NCBI GenBank assembly: GCA_037379345.1
Contig: CM074525.1
Span: 3,977,170-4,041,169, forward strand
Direction: 5' to 3'
DNA length: 64,000 nt
Origin: Perna viridis
Taxonomy: Eukaryota
The translations under genes and the position numbers were made by a program. Shown in pieces: positions 46,701-61,700 of this stretch. The notes beneath the pieces are model-generated. The model searched no databases. It was not told the origin of the DNA and saw only the letters and a program-made list of their open reading frames with translations. Position 1 is the first letter of the stretch. Each line of letters opens with the position of its first letter.

Positions 46701-49700
46701 TATTCATTGTTTTCACATTAACTCAGTGTAAAATGTTTTTGAAAATATAATAATTTCCAACCTACCTATGCAATTTTTTTTGCTGGTAGCAGGGAACAAG
46801 ATTATTATATTTATGGCTTAATACATGTACCTCTATTATGATAACAAGAATCATCCAATTAGGGTATAAGTGTTCATATTTATTACTTTTGGTGAATAAT
46901 TGTATTCAAACATTTTGCTTTTATTACAATCTTGATTTTCAATGTCACTGGTCAAGTTCACAGGATTAATTTTCCTTTATAGCGGATATTATTGTCCTTG
47001 TTGTCTTTGTTTGTTCTTCATTTAAAATTTGTATATTTAACGTAGCATTTTGAAATTTGGCAGGAAAATGGGTTGCCATGACAACATCGACTTTTGCATC
47101 ATCCTGAAACCATAAAATTTTTACTTGAAATGTCAAACTCTTCTTAAATACCAAGTTTCAATCAAATCAGAGCACTGAGAAATTTTGGCGGGAAAATCAT
47201 AGAAATTGCAAGACTGATTTGTTTTTAGATTTAAAGTGCTTAAAGAGATATTTTTTTCTTTAATTTCCCAATGTAATGGCTGATTCAGTTCAGATTCACT
47301 ATGAATTATTTTTTGAAACATTTAAAGTGCACTACTTCATCTTAATAACTTTACATTAGATAAGTGTGATCAATCATGTATGTGTACATAATGTAGTTAC
47401 ACAATCATGATACTGAAATGAAATATTCATACTGACTTATATTTATTTCAATCTAAGGATGACTGTTAACTACTGTAATTCTATCATACACCAATTACAC
47501 ACTGGCTCAGACCTTCTATCAGAGGAGTTACATATTGTTATTGGTTTTCACAAATATGTCACATAGTTACAAAAATTATTTTGTCTACAAACTGAGTTCA
47601 GCGTGTAACATTAAATACTGTCAAGTAAATAGTTACATGTAAATGATACCTGCCCAAGGGGCAACTAAATTTTACTTTGGGCAAGTGAAATTTTCTTCAC
47701 CCTGTCCAATATGACAAGGCTCTCAAAACGTGAACGGTAGACCCTGGTATATACATGTACATGTACTGATGTAGTTTTTCCTCATTCCATGATCATACTT
47801 GTGCTTTGTTTCTAAAAGTTTGTAGACATTACATTGATGGTATCATTATGGTTTGTTGTTCAAGTTTGTTTTTTGATTAGCTCCATTGAGTTTTAAACAA
47901 ATTACAGGTCTTGAAAATTCTATTTTCATATTTACAGTGTGTCAGAAACCATAACTGTTTCTATTACTGGATACTCAAATCATGGTCCTAAATAAGAGCT
48001 CTTTTCATTTGAAATAAAAATAATGTAAATATAAGAAATTGACTATGAAGACTACTGGTGTATTTCTTACATTGAACTTCTCATTTCACTATAAAAATCT
48101 AATATCATTACACTTGAATAAACACACTTGTCTGGACAATTTCTGTTATTACCATGGACGCTTTTGTACTTTGTGGAACATAAGTTTTGGCCATTAAAAT
48201 ATCCAGTAAACACCAGTCTGTAAACCTTTGATTGCAGTTGTTTTCTTTTTGTCCAAAGTACATTATGTATATCCAGTTTAGGCAATTATTTATAAAAACA
48301 TTGTAAAACTTGTTTATTTCCTGTATTGAACAATGTCCACGGTAGCTATATTTTTCCTTGAGTTCACTCACCAGAAAGTTTGAATTGCATTTGTAGTTTG
48401 CTAGGACATTCATATATTAAGTTTAGGGTTGTAGATTCTTGCAAAGTAGATGATACAAAGAAATCTCCATGTCCCTTGATTGGTCTGTCTTTCTAAGGAC
48501 ATGTGCATACCACATATTCTCCCTTAACTATGCTTTGGATTTTGTCAAAACTTTGCACCAGTACATCCAATAATATCAGAAGGCCAATAAAGCTCGATAC
48601 AACACTGTCCCAATTGAACTTAGAATTAGCGGAGCTGTGCTGTACAATTAAACACTGTAATATTTCAGATTTATGTGGAGAACTCTGAGTTTATGAGATA
48701 AAAATTAGGGCATAATCTTGGAAAAAAAGGTACTTTAACCCATTAAATCAAAATGACCTCTGATTGCTTTGATTTTTTTTCAGGGAGCTCGGGTGTGGAT
48801 TCCTGATGTAGATGCAATATGGAGAGGTGCAGAATTATTGGAGGATTATACAGGGCAGAAAACAGTGAAAATTCAGTATGAAGAAGGGGAGGTAATTAAA
48901 TTTTTTTAATTAGCAAATTTTATTTAGGGGAGGTAATCTCTAGTTCTAGTTATCAGATGAAGTAGTGAATGTAGTGTTGATACAGTATTTTTTATTTTGG
49001 TTTATATCAAGACATACAGAGTAAATGTTTACTATACATGTAGTTTAAACAGTTATTGATTTGTAGAATAAATAAGAATTCTTTTTTTCTTTTGATTATT
49101 TGATGGTACCAAAAGTATCCACATTGTAGAATAGACTTGATGATCCTATTGTTGAAAAAAAAATATACAATATGCAACTGCCTGTGGGTTCATATTTCTG
49201 TAAGGTAATTGATAAATGAATTTTATAAGGGGAGAAAAGGTTATCAGAAAACTTTATGTTACAATTTACAAAAGAATAAGAAAATTTGTATTGAAAGATC
49301 AATACTGCATGACCTTTGATATCAGTGTTGGTCACATAATATTGTTGTTAATACATGTATCCAAGAAAACTCAGTAGTTTTTAGTATTTTGATATCTTGT
49401 TATCTATAAGTAGCAGTCTTTATAAAAATCAGACAGGAGGGGATTCATGCATGTCAAAAACCCACCAAATTCATTTTATTTCTTGTTCAGAACCAGCTAT
49501 GTACCACATAACTAGTCTTAGTTTGTCCTTTGGTTGTTGTGTTTTTGAGATAAAGTTTATACAGATTGTACTTGAAATTAGCACTTTGCAAGTTATTGTT
49601 CTTGATTTGGTTTCATTTGGTCTGTTTTAGTGGGAGGTTAAAGAGGAGTTTTCTCAAAAGTGCAGATCTAAATACAGAAAAGACTATTGTCACATAAAAA

Positions 49701-52700
49701 TATAGCATACACATGTATGTAAACCATTGTTTGTTGGTTGGGTTTTTCTAAAGCATAAATATACTTTATATACCTTTTTTTTAGACAACAATTGATCCAT
49801 GTACATAACTGTGTTTACCATACATGAATGGTTTTGAGATGATGACTCTATTTGTTCTATAGAACCTCAGGATATAAAACAATTACATATACATGTATGG
49901 ACATGTTTATTGAGATGATTACTTTCATATCATTGTAATAATTGACCATAAATAATATTGAGGTACATGTGGGATATTTACAATGTAAATATGTAGGGTT
50001 ATTTATTCTTGGTGATGGAATATTCTCATTGACCCCTGTTGTCTGTTTTTGTCTTATTGATTTGACCTTACATTAGATAGGGTCATTCTAGTCAAGCTAT
50101 TGACAAAAATAGTCCTGTAATTTTCTAAGTTTTAGACAAAGAAAAAAAAATGCATTGCTCAACTCTACATGCAGTAATCAATGACCTAATTGTAAGCTTG
50201 TATTATTTTGCTTAACAGTATGGACAAGTCAATAAACCATTACATACTAAATATAAATAGATTAAGTCGTCAATAGGTATCAATTTAATACAGTTGAACA
50301 TACAATAAAATTATTCAATGAAACATTCAGGACATAAAATTTGTTGACAATCTGTAATAAAGGACTTATCATGTCACATAACATTAAAGGATATTTAAGG
50401 ATATTTAGTGATCTAGCTAGCAAATTGGTATAGATTGAAACAGTTAAGGGAGAAATAGGAAAAAAATGCTTATCCAAAGTTAAAAGTTTAAGATAATGAC
50501 TTGAACCTTTAGCTTTAACTATTTTTTGCTTCATGGAATGAATCCTGCTAACTCTTAAGAGAAGAAGGAAGCATGAGGCACACTCGATTTTGTTTTGGAG
50601 AGTTTAGAAAGAGGGGGCAGTCAGTTCCAGAAAATATGGGATTCCCAGGCTAGTATTTGCTCAGATTTGCCCAGATTTTGCACAAAGTGAACAAAATTTT
50701 CAAACAGAATGGAGGGGGTTCCAACTCTAGGTACCCCCTGGGTCCACCATTATATTTATTTTATATCCTAACTCATGATAATTCTATCAATTAATACATT
50801 CAAGTTTGCTTCCTACCATTAGGTTTCTACAAAAATTTCCAACAAAAAAGGGGGGCTATGGACTTATTCTACATAAAATTCAACTCCTGATAACAACAGA
50901 CAGTGGTGAATACATCAGTAGCAATTAATTCATTAATCATAGATTATTACACAAAAATGTAGTGTTTTATGTAACCTTCACATGTATGTAGCTTTTTTAT
51001 CCAAAATAGCATAATTTGTGATAATTTGTGATGGTTATGAAAAAATGGAACAATAGGAAGTTATTTAACATCAGTATTTACATAAGAAATATAGCTTTGT
51101 TCAGACTGGTGTCTAATCTTTACCTAATGGCATTTAATTGTTGTTTTGGTGGGTCAACAAATATGTAATAATAAGACCATAATTATTATAAATAAAAATA
51201 AATCAATGGAATTCAATACCTCAAACATATTCAGTAATGTTCGTGAATACCCTAATCCATGAAAGTCAGACAGGACCTGTGGTGAAGGCGATTTTAAAGG
51301 TGCAGAAAAATCCACCCAACAAACAATGTTTATTTTGTCTTCATTTTCTACATTTTTTGTAACCATAGTCAGTGTGTTGTAGGAAAGTTCTGTAAAATCA
51401 TCTCACATTAAATCTGTCAATTGTTACAGAGTATCAATATCATGGATCTGGTCCCAGCGCCACAAAACTTGAAAAATTGCTGAAGTCTGAAAAATTTCTG
51501 AACAGTTTTTGATGTCATCAACTTTGAATACATTGATTTTAGTTTCCATGGAAGTCAAGAAAATTCTCAGACTAAAGTATTTTTTAATTTTTGCTGCACC
51601 AGGGCCCGTATAATCTCAGGATTGCAACAATCAAATGACAAACAATGACTTGTTTCGTGGCCTGCTACTGAATTAGAAATAAAAGTCAGATTTGTGTGGG
51701 GTTTTTTTGACATGATACATGAATCACCTCTGGTCTTATTTTTACAAAAAAAATGCTTCTTAATGACATCAAGAAAGAACAATCATTCATCAGACATTAA
51801 GATGTATTCTGCTTTATTTTGATAAACACCAGCTACATTAAAATCTAAATTGAAATATTACTGCAAGGTCCCAGTTAGGATGTTGGATACATTCTTTGTG
51901 CGAGTCATAGTTTACAGTTTCAAGCATGACTGGATTGTAATGATTTTTCCTGTTAAATAAATTCGCTTCTGGGCATCCAAGTTGTTGTGTTGGTATTTTC
52001 ATTTTCCGTTTTGCAGTCTGAGTAGGGGGCAATGTATTGCCATACCATTTGTTCTCAGTAGGTCTTTCCAAAGTTATGAATTAGTTCTGTAAGTGCTTTT
52101 ATGGTTAGCTGTTTAAAAACAGTTCTCCTCTGGGGTTCTAAATTTAGTGATGGAAATTAGCAATTATCAGTTTTAGCCTGTAGGGGACATAATATTTCCA
52201 TGCTCAATGCTCTCAGTAGTTCTTACACAAAGTTGTGAATTTATAAGTGACTTGAGGTGACCATGAAAGAAGTCTGTAATACATGTTTTGTAATTAGATA
52301 AACAAGGAATTTTATTTTGACATGTAACATGTTTGTGGATGACATGCTTATTACTGTCTAGGTAAACTTAAATGATTTATGAATGGACAAACTACATTCT
52401 TTTTAAAGGAGGAAAGAGGTAGGCCTTATGGTAAGGGACACAACTCTTACAAATCTTTGAAACGTTTGTATTCAGCATTTTTCATCAATCTCCTGTAAGC
52501 ATCAAAGTAACTTGGATTGATTTCATTCTTTTTCAAATGAAAGCTTGATAGGCTTTGGTGAAATTGAATTTGATACAAACATATCATTTGTTTCAAGAGT
52601 TATGTCCCTTATCCTAGATCTTCCTCCTTCAATTGACATTTCTCTACATATTTGAATTTGGTTGTTTTGGGAGATTCATAACAACAAGATTTGTTTTGGG

Positions 52701-55700
52701 AAATGCAAGGCCCAATACATTCCATCATTTGTGCAGATGTGTTATATAGCATACTTGATTTTAACTTGATAAACATTTTGGTTAAGGCTTGAAAACTTAT
52801 CTTTTTTTAACATTTTTAACTCTGAATATAAAAATAGGAGATGTGGTATGATTGCCAGTGAAACAGTCATTCACCAAAAGCCAAGCAATGAATGATTAAA
52901 ATTCTATAGGTCACCACACAGTCTTCTATGATTGGTAAAACCCATACCATGAAGCAAGCTGTAAAAGGCCTCTAAAGAAAAGAAGTGTGAAACTATTCAT
53001 AAAGGAAAAAAGTCGACCTAATCAATAAAAAAAAATGTTAAATAAGTATCAATGAACATGAATAAATGACGACAAACATTTGACTACAGGTTCCTGGCTT
53101 TGGACAGGCACATGAAGTTTGTGGTGGGGTTGAAGACAAGTTCAATCCCTGTTATGATAAAGCTTTTTCATGATCCTTATCATGTTGTTAAAAATTATTT
53201 CTTTGTCTTTTGTTTTGATGGTCAGTATAAATATTCTGTTTTTTGTTTCGCAGGAATCAGAAATACAAGTTAAAGATAAGACCAAACTGCCACATCTACG
53301 AAATCCTGACATTCTGATCGGAGAAAATGATCTCACATCTCTCAGTTATCTTAATGAACCCGAAGGTAAACAAACAGAAATTCTGATTTATACCTAACAA
53401 ATGATTTCCCGCTTTTTTGTCTGTCATTTTTTTTCTTCGGACTTCAATGGGCTCAGTTGGCCTTATGGTGCTCCCTCCTTAAAAAACAATAACAAATACA
53501 AAAGCAAGGATATTTAGGACTTGCCAGGGTTTGAGTGCTTCCAATTGTATACATGTGTGGGTATCATGCAGTGGTGAAATTTTGAAGTTGAATTGAAATA
53601 AAGAATTTTTTTTTTTTTTTCACTTGATCATATTAATGTCGTTTCATGTATATTAGAGTTACTCTCCTGTATATATATATATATATATATATATCTGAAA
53701 TGTTAAGATAACAGTTTTAACTTTAGAATGAAATCAACTTGAAAAAAAAACAAAAAATTGAGCACCAATACAAAAAGTTTGATATGCACCACATTCAGAA
53801 TTGATTTTTTTTCATCTTTTTCAAATGTGCATTTTAGTGCTATGATTCGTTTTTCATTGTTTATTTACTTCTGATTTTTCAAATTTCTGTTGTTTTTTTT
53901 GTTGTTTTTTTTGTTTACCTCCAAAAATGTAGATATGTTTGTTTTTCTTTTCAGTTCTGTACAATCTGCAGGTCAGGTTTATGGAACAGAACATTATATA
54001 CACATATTGTGGTATGTATACATACAAACTAATTCAGGAAACAGTTTTTTGAGGAGATTTATTTTTGTTTAATTTGCTTAAGTGAGAAAAGCTATCAACC
54101 AATAATCAGATATAAAAATAAAAGGAATCTTTGACAAAAAGGTGATAATACTGATTTGATGGCTTTGCAGGGCCCAGCAGTTATGTTTATCAAAAAAAAA
54201 AATGTTGGGTCCTAACTGTTTACACAGAAAGTTTTATGTTTTGCAAAAAATTCTCTATTTGAAGTTTTGCTACTGAAGAGTAAATTCTAAGCTCCTTCCT
54301 ACACTGTATAAGATGGCTTCAAAATGAAATAAAAAAAGTATTAAAAGAAACTTTAGACCTTGACCAAACAGAAGACAAGAAGTGTTAAATCACTGGCCAT
54401 ATAAAAAAAAATGTGTATATTCTTTTTTTTTTTTGGATCAGAAGCAAGTTTTCTTTTTTATTTCGAGAAATTTCATCAAATTAAACAATTCTGTAAATGT
54501 ACAGGAAGTTGAGAAGTTAAAATAAATACTCCATGGCATTAAAAATTTTCTGGAATATTAGATGTGCCAAGAAATAAGAGCCATCGCCATGAGACATTCT
54601 TTCGTTTTTAATGATGAATGTTAAATAACAGCCTCATTCATTCACATCATATTTTTTACCTTTTTGTCAAGCGTGCAGACGAATCTGTTAATTAATGAAA
54701 ATTTGACACTGGACTGGATATGAAAATTTCCACAATGGATATGAAACAGATTTTACTGTAATAAAAATTGCAGATGCAGGAGGATTTTTAGGGATGCAGC
54801 GGGGCCTGAGAACCTAGCACATTTTCTTTTTAGCCTATGACAGAACTTATCTGTGACAATGTTTATAATTTCTACTTTTAGGTATTGTATTAGTGGCTAT
54901 AAACCCCTACGCTGATCTACCTATCTACGGAAATGAAATTATACAAGCCTACAGTGGCCAAGATATGGGAGCCATGGATCCACATATATTTGCTGTGGCA
55001 GAGGAGGCTTACAAGAAAATGGCTAGGTCTTTAATCTTATGCTAATACAAGTATTAAACTGATCATATATAGTGTGAAAGTACTATTGTTTGAGGGTACC
55101 ACTTTTCGTGGATTTCGTGGATAAGAATTCAAGAATCCACAAACTTGTGCTTTTCCCCTAAACCATGATAATTGATACCCACCAATATAAGTACTTTCAC
55201 AGTACCTCTTTACTGTTCATGCTGTTGTGGAATAGTTCAAAGAAAGAAAACTAATCTTGTTATATTTGTTATGGTGTTAGAATTCAGATTTTTAATACTG
55301 TAAAAGTACTTCAATTCATGGATACCAGTTTTCATGGATAAGGGAAGAAACACAAGTTTGTGGGTTCTTGAAATTCATGGTTTTGAGGTTTTCAGTATAC
55401 ACATCAATGAAAATCTCTTTTTTGTTGGGAATCAAATTTCTTTGTTTGGCTTAACGATGAAAACCATGAAAATTGGTACAATAGACCTTCAACCGTGTGC
55501 TAATACTTTTGAAGCCAACTTTTGAGAAATAATTTAAATCCAGTTGAAATAGTAAGTTGTAATAATTTATAACTACTCAGTGATTAAAAAATATTACATT
55601 CATGTATAAATCATGAATTAGAGATAAGACAAAAAACAATGTTTCCTTCCTGAAGCTAATTTGGCAGCATTTCCTTCTCTAAAATGTTTCTTAATGTCTC

Positions 55701-58700
55701 TGTGTTGTAATTATATTGTGAGTAAACTACTTTATTTTGTAGATTTGAACAGAACCAGAGTATTATTGTGAGTGGTGAGTCAGGAGCAGGGAAAACTGTA
55801 TCAGCCAAGTATGCTATGAGATACTTTGCTATGGTTGGTGGGTCTCAGGCAGAAACTCAGGTGGAGAAGAAAGTCCTAGCTTCTAACCCCATAATGGAGG
55901 TAAATTGGCTATGAACCGTATGGTTCTGGAGACATACAAATTTAAAATTGAAACTTTGTTCTTTTATGAAGATAAAGCACTATAGATCTAAGCTTTCCTT
56001 TTTTCAATCCATCTGTCCATGTTGTGTACAGATTGGTAGATTTGAATGAATTTTTACAGATGGAAGCATAACATATTGATTTGAGTTTAGCTTAGTCAAA
56101 GGTCAAGGATGGTGTTTCTATAAATAGATAATTGAAAGGCGAGAAGGACATTATGACTGCTCTTTTTAGGAAGTAGACCTAGGATAAGGGACATTACTCT
56201 TGAAATCAGTGTTATGTTTGTATCATATTCAGTTTCACTAAAGAATGTCAAGCTTTCATTTGAAACAGAATAAAATCAATCCAAGTTACTTTGATGCTTA
56301 CATGTAAAATGCTGAATGCAAATATTCCAATGATTTCTAAAGAGTTGTGTCCCTTACCATAAGGTCTACCTCTATTCTCCTTTATACAGAATGTAGTTTG
56401 TCCATTTATAAATCATTAATGATGTTACAGATAAAAAAAAATCAAGTTAATTAGCTTTTGATTTGAGAGTATGAAATAATTTTGCTGATGGACAGACATA
56501 CAATTTTCTTTCATTTTTGAGACAAGGATTCATTTTCTGACCAATGGTTCAAATAAAAGAAGTCACTTTTTAAGTCACAATAAAATATTTTATGACTTCT
56601 TTTCAATAAAATTGAATTTCAGCAAGCAGGGCATTTTGTATTGCTACACTAAGTACAAAATTGATTTTTAAAAATAATCAAACATCACCAGAAAATGCAA
56701 GACTAGGAAATCTCAGATGTCTCAACTGCTGAAATTTTATCTTGATAGTCATTGTTTTATTTTTTTTTGTTTATTATTTCATGTTATTTTTTATCATATT
56801 ACAGGCGATTGGTAATGCTAAAACCACTAGAAATGACAACAGCAGTAGATTTGGAAAATACATCGAACTTTCATTCAACAAGAAAAATGAAATTATTGGT
56901 GCTCATATGAGAACTTATCTATTGGAGAAGTCCAGGTTTGTTCATGTTAATTATTGGTGCTCACATGAGAACTTATGTATTGAAATACAAGAAAGTATAT
57001 ACTGATATTATTCTGGCACAGTCACCATTTCAATTATCTACACAAATTAGCCTAAAAATATACAATGTACATAGTATGGGATTTAATTCGCAAATATAGT
57101 TACAATCATTTTATATTTGCAAGAGGATAAATATATCTACCAAGTCGAATGGTTTCCATTCTATACAATTAAATAACCTCCAGTAGACTGCACAAAAATA
57201 TACCAAATATAACAGCCTTTATTGCAACGTTACTGCTGATGGCCTTGTTCAGTGTTATAATATTCAATGGAAACATTTAATGAAATAAAAATTAGAAAAA
57301 ATAGGGGGAAATAGCAAAATAAATAACGTAACTTGTATGTTTCTGGTTTAGAAACTTCAGAGTTGTGTATCAGGCAATAGAAGAGAGAAACTATCAAATT
57401 TTTACTCTCTATATTTCAGAGTTGTTTATCAGGCAACAGAAGAGAGAAACTTTCATATATTTTACTCTCTATATTTCAGAGTTGTGTATCAGGCAACAGA
57501 AGAAAGAAACTATCATATATTTTACCAGTTATGTGCATCCAGTGATCTACCTGAACTAAAGAAATTCCAACTGTGTAAGTGTTCTGAAATATATAGTGAA
57601 GAATGCTTTTAAAAAGATGCAGTTAGATTGAGTGGACTAATTGTTTGTTTTTTTATACCGCCACTCATTGAGTGAGTGGTATATCAGAATCACCTTTTCC
57701 TACTAAAGAGACAAGGATATTCCATTTTTAGCCATGTGAGATTTCCTTATCTCGCCAACAGGTGATATAAAACATAGAATGTTTATGACATCACAATAAA
57801 AGGTCTTATGACATCTTGTAAATTAAGTTAAGGATTTTGGCAAAGCAGGTCATTCTGAATTGGTGTACTTATCACACAATTAATTTTTAAGATGAGGATA
57901 AGAATCTAACACGGCTAGAAATTGTAAGACTAGAGTAATGAGAAGAGAACTTGAAATCTTTCCCTTTGGAGTCTTAAGATTTCTCTGTCTGGTACTCTCA
58001 GGGGTCCTTAATGTCCATCTGAATTTCATCATTATTATCTCGACTTCCAATAGATAGATTGATTATAAATTTGGTATGAAACTTTGTATCAATAGGCCAA
58101 ATGTTGTAAGTGAATTTGCATTCATTTTGTTATAAGTTTCCAAACATAAATATAATAGCTTCTTACACAAGTCAGTGAAAATCTGTAATTTCTTCCACAA
58201 TTTCAAAAACCCCATAGTTTTAATAGGGATAAGTGAAAAATACTTCACATTTTAAATGCAAGGAAAATACTGAAATCATATCACACAGCTTTCATGGTAA
58301 CATTACCAAAGCATTGATCACCTGTTAGTTGTCAATGATTTGTTAACATTGCCTATGACATACATGTACTGTTTTCAGTATAATATGAACTATAACCTCT
58401 TAAATACTATTGGAAGATGAGATCATGTGCCAAATACATGTAAATTCAGTCCATGTTCATCACTCTGCCATGGGTTATCTTTTTATTGGGACTTCCCCTT
58501 TCCAAAAAAGATCATTTGAAATTAAAAAATGGGGTAAGGTGACCTCTGATATTTAGTCAGGGCAGCTTCAACATAAACCCCTTAATGGACCTTATTAAGT
58601 TAATAAGATATAGATGAGTGTGCTTTATATATTGACAATATGTGGCATTAAGTATATTAGATATAGATGTACCTGTATTAGATATTGTTTCCTTAATAAC

Positions 58701-61700
58701 AATATTTTGCCCTGTAAGTGTGCTTAAAGTAGTTCTTTTTTACATTTTAGTGACAGCTGAAGAATTTTATTTCACTGCCCATGGTGGTGAACCAATCATT
58801 AATGGTGTGGATGATGCTGAAGATTTTGGTGAAACTAGAGACGCACTTACACTGCTGGGTAAGTTCGAATAGATTGTGCAATAGTAGATACAGGAGTGTA
58901 TTGCCATACATCCTCAGTGTTCATTCCAGGCTGCACCATTGTGCCATTGATGCAAATTTACCATCTAACGGCACTTAAACCTTGTACCATATGCGCCCAA
59001 GTAGTACCTGGAAAGTTTTAATTGAATATGTGCAATAAAGCTAAAAGGTAACATTCACATAGTAGTTCAATACAAGATGTAATCTACTTATACAAATTTT
59101 TATGACCCCCTGTTTTTTTTTTTTTTAATTACCCCTAAATTTGCTACCAAATGGGTCCTTGACCCCCCCCCCCACCAACTGTTAAACTTTAGAATGAACA
59201 CTCCATCCTAATGCATGAAGTTGATGGTCCTAATGTCTCTCTTGTACCAATGTTCTTTCACAACTTTAACATAAAAGAAAATTTTATCTTTACATGGCGA
59301 TATTGGAAGCAAACCTAATTTTTTTTCCTAAAATATCCTAAAACACTGCCTATTGCTGCATGACTGTACACAGGTTTTTTAGAATGTACTTTTATTCACA
59401 ACCTAGAAAATATTCAGTGTACAAGGGATAAAGGGCACATCTCATCTGTAAATGCTTTGCAGATTACTTCAGTTACTGGTAAAGTACAGGGTCACTTGTA
59501 ACAACCTTGGCTCTGTTTAGAAAAATTAACACTTGTGACAATTTATTTTTTTCAAAGAGGGGAGGGTTGGGATAAACTTTTTTTGTTCCCTGCAGCTTTT
59601 GAAAAGGACAGGCAATCCAGGTAAAAAAGGACAATCTATCACATTAGAGGCAAATTTGAAGGCACATTTTGGAAGCATCATTTTGAGAAAAATGACAGAA
59701 AAGGGCAGGGGCATAGTGTCTGTACCCTACCTGTCTGTAAGGAACACTAACTTGACAGCTGACATTATATACATTACAGGGATTAACAGTAAAGACCAGA
59801 TGATGGTGTTTCAGATCATGGCAGCCATTCTACACTTTGGTAATGTCAGAATCAAAGATGCAGAAGGAGAAACATCAGAAATACCTGTAAGTTACATGTT
59901 GATATAAATGCAGTTGGACAGAGCCAGGTTTTTTTTATAAATGATTAAGTTATGAAGTTAAATTAGCTGACATTGGTGATCAATAATAATGATATAAATG
60001 TTTGCTGTTAATTATCGACATGTTAACCCATCGTTGCTTTTCCATTATTCTTTCTGACTAATGTTTCGTATTTCATGCTGTTGCTGTCAGCAATTTCCAA
60101 TTATATCGTTACGACAAATGACCTTGATATTCCCTGTTAACTGAAAAATACCAGTTTTGAAATCTCAAAAGACCATCACATCTGCCTGTATTGGTCTCAC
60201 TGTGATATTTTATGTTATTACTTCAAAACTGTTCTTATCCTGTATATAATAATAAAAAAGGTTGAGATTAGGTTTTTTAAAATAACTTTTGTCTCCTCAT
60301 TTAGTTTTGAAAGGAAATATTGTGGTTAAGCTTAAGGAGGTAGACCTTACGTAAGGGACACAATTCTTACAAATCATTGAAACGTTGGAGTCCAGGCTCT
60401 TTATCTCAATCATTTGTAAGCATCAAAGTGACTTGGACTGATTTCATTCCGTTTGAAGCTTGATAGGCTTTGGTAAAAGGGCAGAGGTCATTGTCATCTT
60501 TACAGAAAATAGATTTAGGCAGGTAGGTGACCATGAGCATTGCTGTTTTTGTAGTTGAACAGATCATAAGTTATTTGTATCTTATTTATTACAGGCTAAA
60601 GACAAACATTTAAGTTTGATGTGTCAGTTACTAGGGATAGAGGAATCTCAGATGAGAATGTGGCTTTGTAATAGAAAATACACTACTGTTGGTGAAGTAA
60701 TCACAAAACCACTTACTGCTGAACAGGTAAATACAATACTGTTGGTGAAGTAACCACAAAACTACTTACAGCTGAACAAGTAAAATACACTACTGTTGGT
60801 GAAGTAATCACAAAACCACTTACTGCTGAACAAGTAGAAACACTACTGTGGGTGGTGAAGTAATCACAAAACTACTTTCTACTGAACAGATAAATACACT
60901 ACTGTGGTGAAGTAATTACAAAACCACTTATTGCTGAACAGGTAAATACAATACTGTTGGTGAAGTAATCACAAATCCACTTACTGCTGAACAGGTTAAA
61001 AACACTACAGTTGGTGAAGTAATCACAAATGCACTTACTGCTGAACAGGTAAATACACTACTGTGGGTGGTGAAGTAATTATAAAACATATCCCTGCTGA
61101 ACAGGTAAATACACTACTGTTGGTTAAGTAATCACTTAACATATCACTGCTGAACAGGTAAATACACTACTGTTGGTGAAGTAATCACTAAACATATCAC
61201 TGCTGAACAGGTTAATACACTACTGTTGGTGAAGTAATCACAAAACCACTTACTGCTGAACAGGTAAATACACTACTGTTGGTGAAGTAATCACAAAACT
61301 ACTTTCTGCTGAACAGATAAATACACTACTGTGGTGAAGTAATTACAAAACCACTTACTGCTGAACAGGTAAGTACACTTCTGTTGGTGAAATAATCACA
61401 AAACTACTTTCTGCTGAACAGGTAAATACACTACTGTTGGTGAAGTAATCACTAAACATATCACTGCTGAACAGGTTTACCCATATGACTACAAAATTTT
61501 CATTACTTTTTTCTTTTCTACTATTATACACAGGTTTTGCTGAAAGGTACTATGCTTCCTATAAGTGGGATGTATTTTTTATATTTATGTGAAATCTTCT
61601 TCCTGTTTACCAGCAAAAACATGAATTTTCCTTATATCATGACGAAAGACGGGATGTGTCGAGATTTCTTGTTTTACCCTGCTCCTTTCATAAGCTGCAA

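Noticed and set aside
60676-61476. CRISPR-like appearance of the 53-bp and 33-bp repeats
   Set aside because: Head-to-tail repeats with no unique spacers, no cas genes and a eukaryotic intron context.
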